Notes under the pieces: generated by a model
The model's database searches: none
Told to the model about the DNA's origin: nothing
The model's input: the letters and a program-made list of their open reading frames with translations, nothing else
Made by a program: the position numbers and the translations under genes
Source: Dehalococcoidia bacterium
Lineage (GTDB): Bacteria; Chloroflexota; Dehalococcoidia; Dehalococcoidales; Fen-1064
DNA: 49,304 nucleotides
NCBI GenBank assembly: GCA_003162335.1
Contig: PMMG01000083.1
Span: 184 to 49,487, forward strand
Direction of reading: 5' to 3'
Shown here: piece by piece, positions 48,315 through 49,304 of the stretch
Position numbering within the stretch: position 1 is the stretch's first letter
Layout: the number at the start of each line of letters is the position of its first letter

Positions 48315-49211
48315 TTACTTCGCCGGTAAATCTATCTTGGATTTCTTCAGGGCTTCATCAATGAGAGCGGCGGTTACCGCATCCGGTTCCACTAACGGCA
48401 GACGCGGTTCGCCGACATTAAATCCGATTTTATTCAAGGCATATTTTACCGGCTGCGGATTGGAAACCAGGAACAATGAAGTGAACAGCGGTAAAAGTTG
48501 CATGTGTATTTCTGCTGCTTTCCTGGTATCGCCATTCACAAAGCTGTAGATCATGTCGTGCATCTGTTTACCGGCCAGGTGGGAGGCTACACTGATCACG
48601 CCGTGACCGCCGATAGATAGCATCGGCAGTGTGTCACCGTCGTCACCGCTCCAGACAAGAAAACCTTTTTTAGCGCCCTGGATAATTTTAGCAACCTGGA
48701 TTAAATCGCCGCTGCCTTCTTTAATACCGATGATGTTCGGGATTTTGCTCAGCCTGATCGTCGTCTCCGCGCTCATGTTAGTGATCGTGCGGATGGGCAG
48801 ATTATAAAGGATGCAGGGCAATTTCGTGCTTTCTGCAATCGTCTTGAAATGTTGATAGAGTCCTTCTTGTGTCGGTTTATTGTAATAAGGCACTACCAGT
48901 AAACAGGCATCCACACCGATCTTCTCGGCGTCTTGTGTTGATTCCACCGCCTCGGCGGTGCTGTTGCTGCCGGTGTTGGCGATGATCGAGCCTTTATTGC
49001 CGACGGCTTTCTTCACTTCTTGAAACAATGGTATTTCTTCTTCCTTATGCAGCAGGGTGGGAGACTCTCCGGTGGTGCCGGCCAGAACCAGCCCTTCGCT
49101 ACCGGATTTTATTAACGCTAAAGCCAGTTTCTTTGCCTGGTCGTAATCCACTTCCCCTTTTTTATCAAAAGGTGTAACCATTGCCGTGATCAGTCTGCCG
49201 AGTTCTTTCAT
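48315..49211 (-). CDS. dapA: 4-hydroxy-tetrahydrodipicolinate synthase.
   Basis: MVTPFDKKGEVD...AGTTGESPTL...YNKP... and the catalytic-Lys region are typical of DapA. Confidence 0.9.
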   Translation of the reverse strand: MKELGRLITAMVTPFDKKGEVDYDQAKKLALALIKSGSEGLVLAGTTGESPTLLHKEEEIPLFQEVKKAVGNKGSIIANTGSNSTAEAVESTQDAEKIGVDACLLVVPYYNKPTQEGLYQHFKTIAESTKLPCILYNLPIRTITNMSAETTIRLSKIPNIIGIKEGSGDLIQVAKIIQGAKKGFLVWSGDDGDTLPMLSIGGHGVISVASHLAGKQMHDMIYSFVNGDTRKAAEIHMQLLPLFTSLFLVSNPQPVKYALNKIGFNVGEPRLPLVEPDAVTAALIDEALKKSKIDLPAK

Positions 49212-49214
49212 GTC

Positions 49215-49304
49215 CTAACCTTTGGGAAGAAACCATTCCCTTTTCATCATTTCTTGCGCGATTTGTACCGCATTTAATGCCGCGCCTTTTCTAATATTAT
49301 CAGC
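49215..49304 (-). CDS. asd: Aspartate-semialdehyde dehydrogenase, 3' end only (partial; continues beyond the window).
   Basis: The C-terminal peptide ...KGAALNAVQIAQEMMKREWFLPKG* matches the characteristic ASD C-terminus (KGAALNAVQIAE...). Its stop lies 3 nt before the dapA start. Confidence 0.55.
   Translation of the reverse strand, partial: ADNIRKGAALNAVQIAQEMMKREWFLPKG

Noticed and set aside
1-49304. Searched for tRNA, rRNA, IS/transposase, integrase and CRISPR signatures.
   Set aside because: I found no T-arm GGTTCGAATCC-like motifs in the larger intergenic regions. There are no transposase or integrase-like ORFs, no regular repeat-spacer arrays, and no rRNA-like stretches.

Overview
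This ~49.3 kb window is a gene-dense chromosomal segment carrying about 50 protein-coding genes and no detectable rRNA, tRNA, CRISPR array or transposase. It probably comes from an anaerobic bacterium: Sec-decoding is present, and several lipoproteins have long Thr-rich linkers after the lipobox Cys, a pattern I associate with Chloroflexota-like organisms, although I cannot assign a taxon from sequence alone. The most striking part is at the left end (1..5772). It holds two genes of the UGSC (seleno)protein family, each with an in-frame UGA at the conserved U-G-S-C motif and a SECIS-like hairpin 8-13 nt downstream. One of them is fused to a large uncharacterised domain with a WxDGLPVIPPT motif; the other is free-standing and is followed by a separate paralog of that domain. 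Three metal-hydrolase genes are interleaved (MBL-fold, TIM-barrel amidohydrolase-like, amidohydrolase-2). The rest of the window looks like ordinary chromosomal sequence:
- a flotillin-like SPFH protein and a stomatin-like SPFH protein;
- a 3-TM protein immediately upstream of a CHASE2 class III nucleotidyl cyclase;
- two tandem paralogous secreted FecR-domain lipoproteins with an unknown C-terminal domain;
- a DtxR-FeoA-FeoA fusion translationally coupled to feoB;
- an EamA transporter, an S41 peptidase, a cupin gene plus a frameshifted cupin remnant, and an ICL/PEPM-family protein lacking the canonical KRCGH motif;
- two tandem orphan family-5 ABC substrate-binding lipoproteins and an SMP-30/gluconolactonase-family protein;
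- a PadR-regulated MacAB-like adaptor/ATPase/permease operon;
- nnr, a PAS/GAF/GGDEF sensor, a Zn-dependent alcohol dehydrogenase, a PurM/HypE-like protein and a pdxA-family gene;
- a Pat-like ADP-forming acetyl-CoA synthetase-GNAT fusion, diverging from a PaaK/F390-synthetase-like adenylating enzyme plus an S51 peptidase;
- dapA and the 3' end of asd.
Several long ORFs in the provided track are antisense artefacts of real genes and are rejected below. All calls rest on motif-level recognition by eye; no database searches were run.
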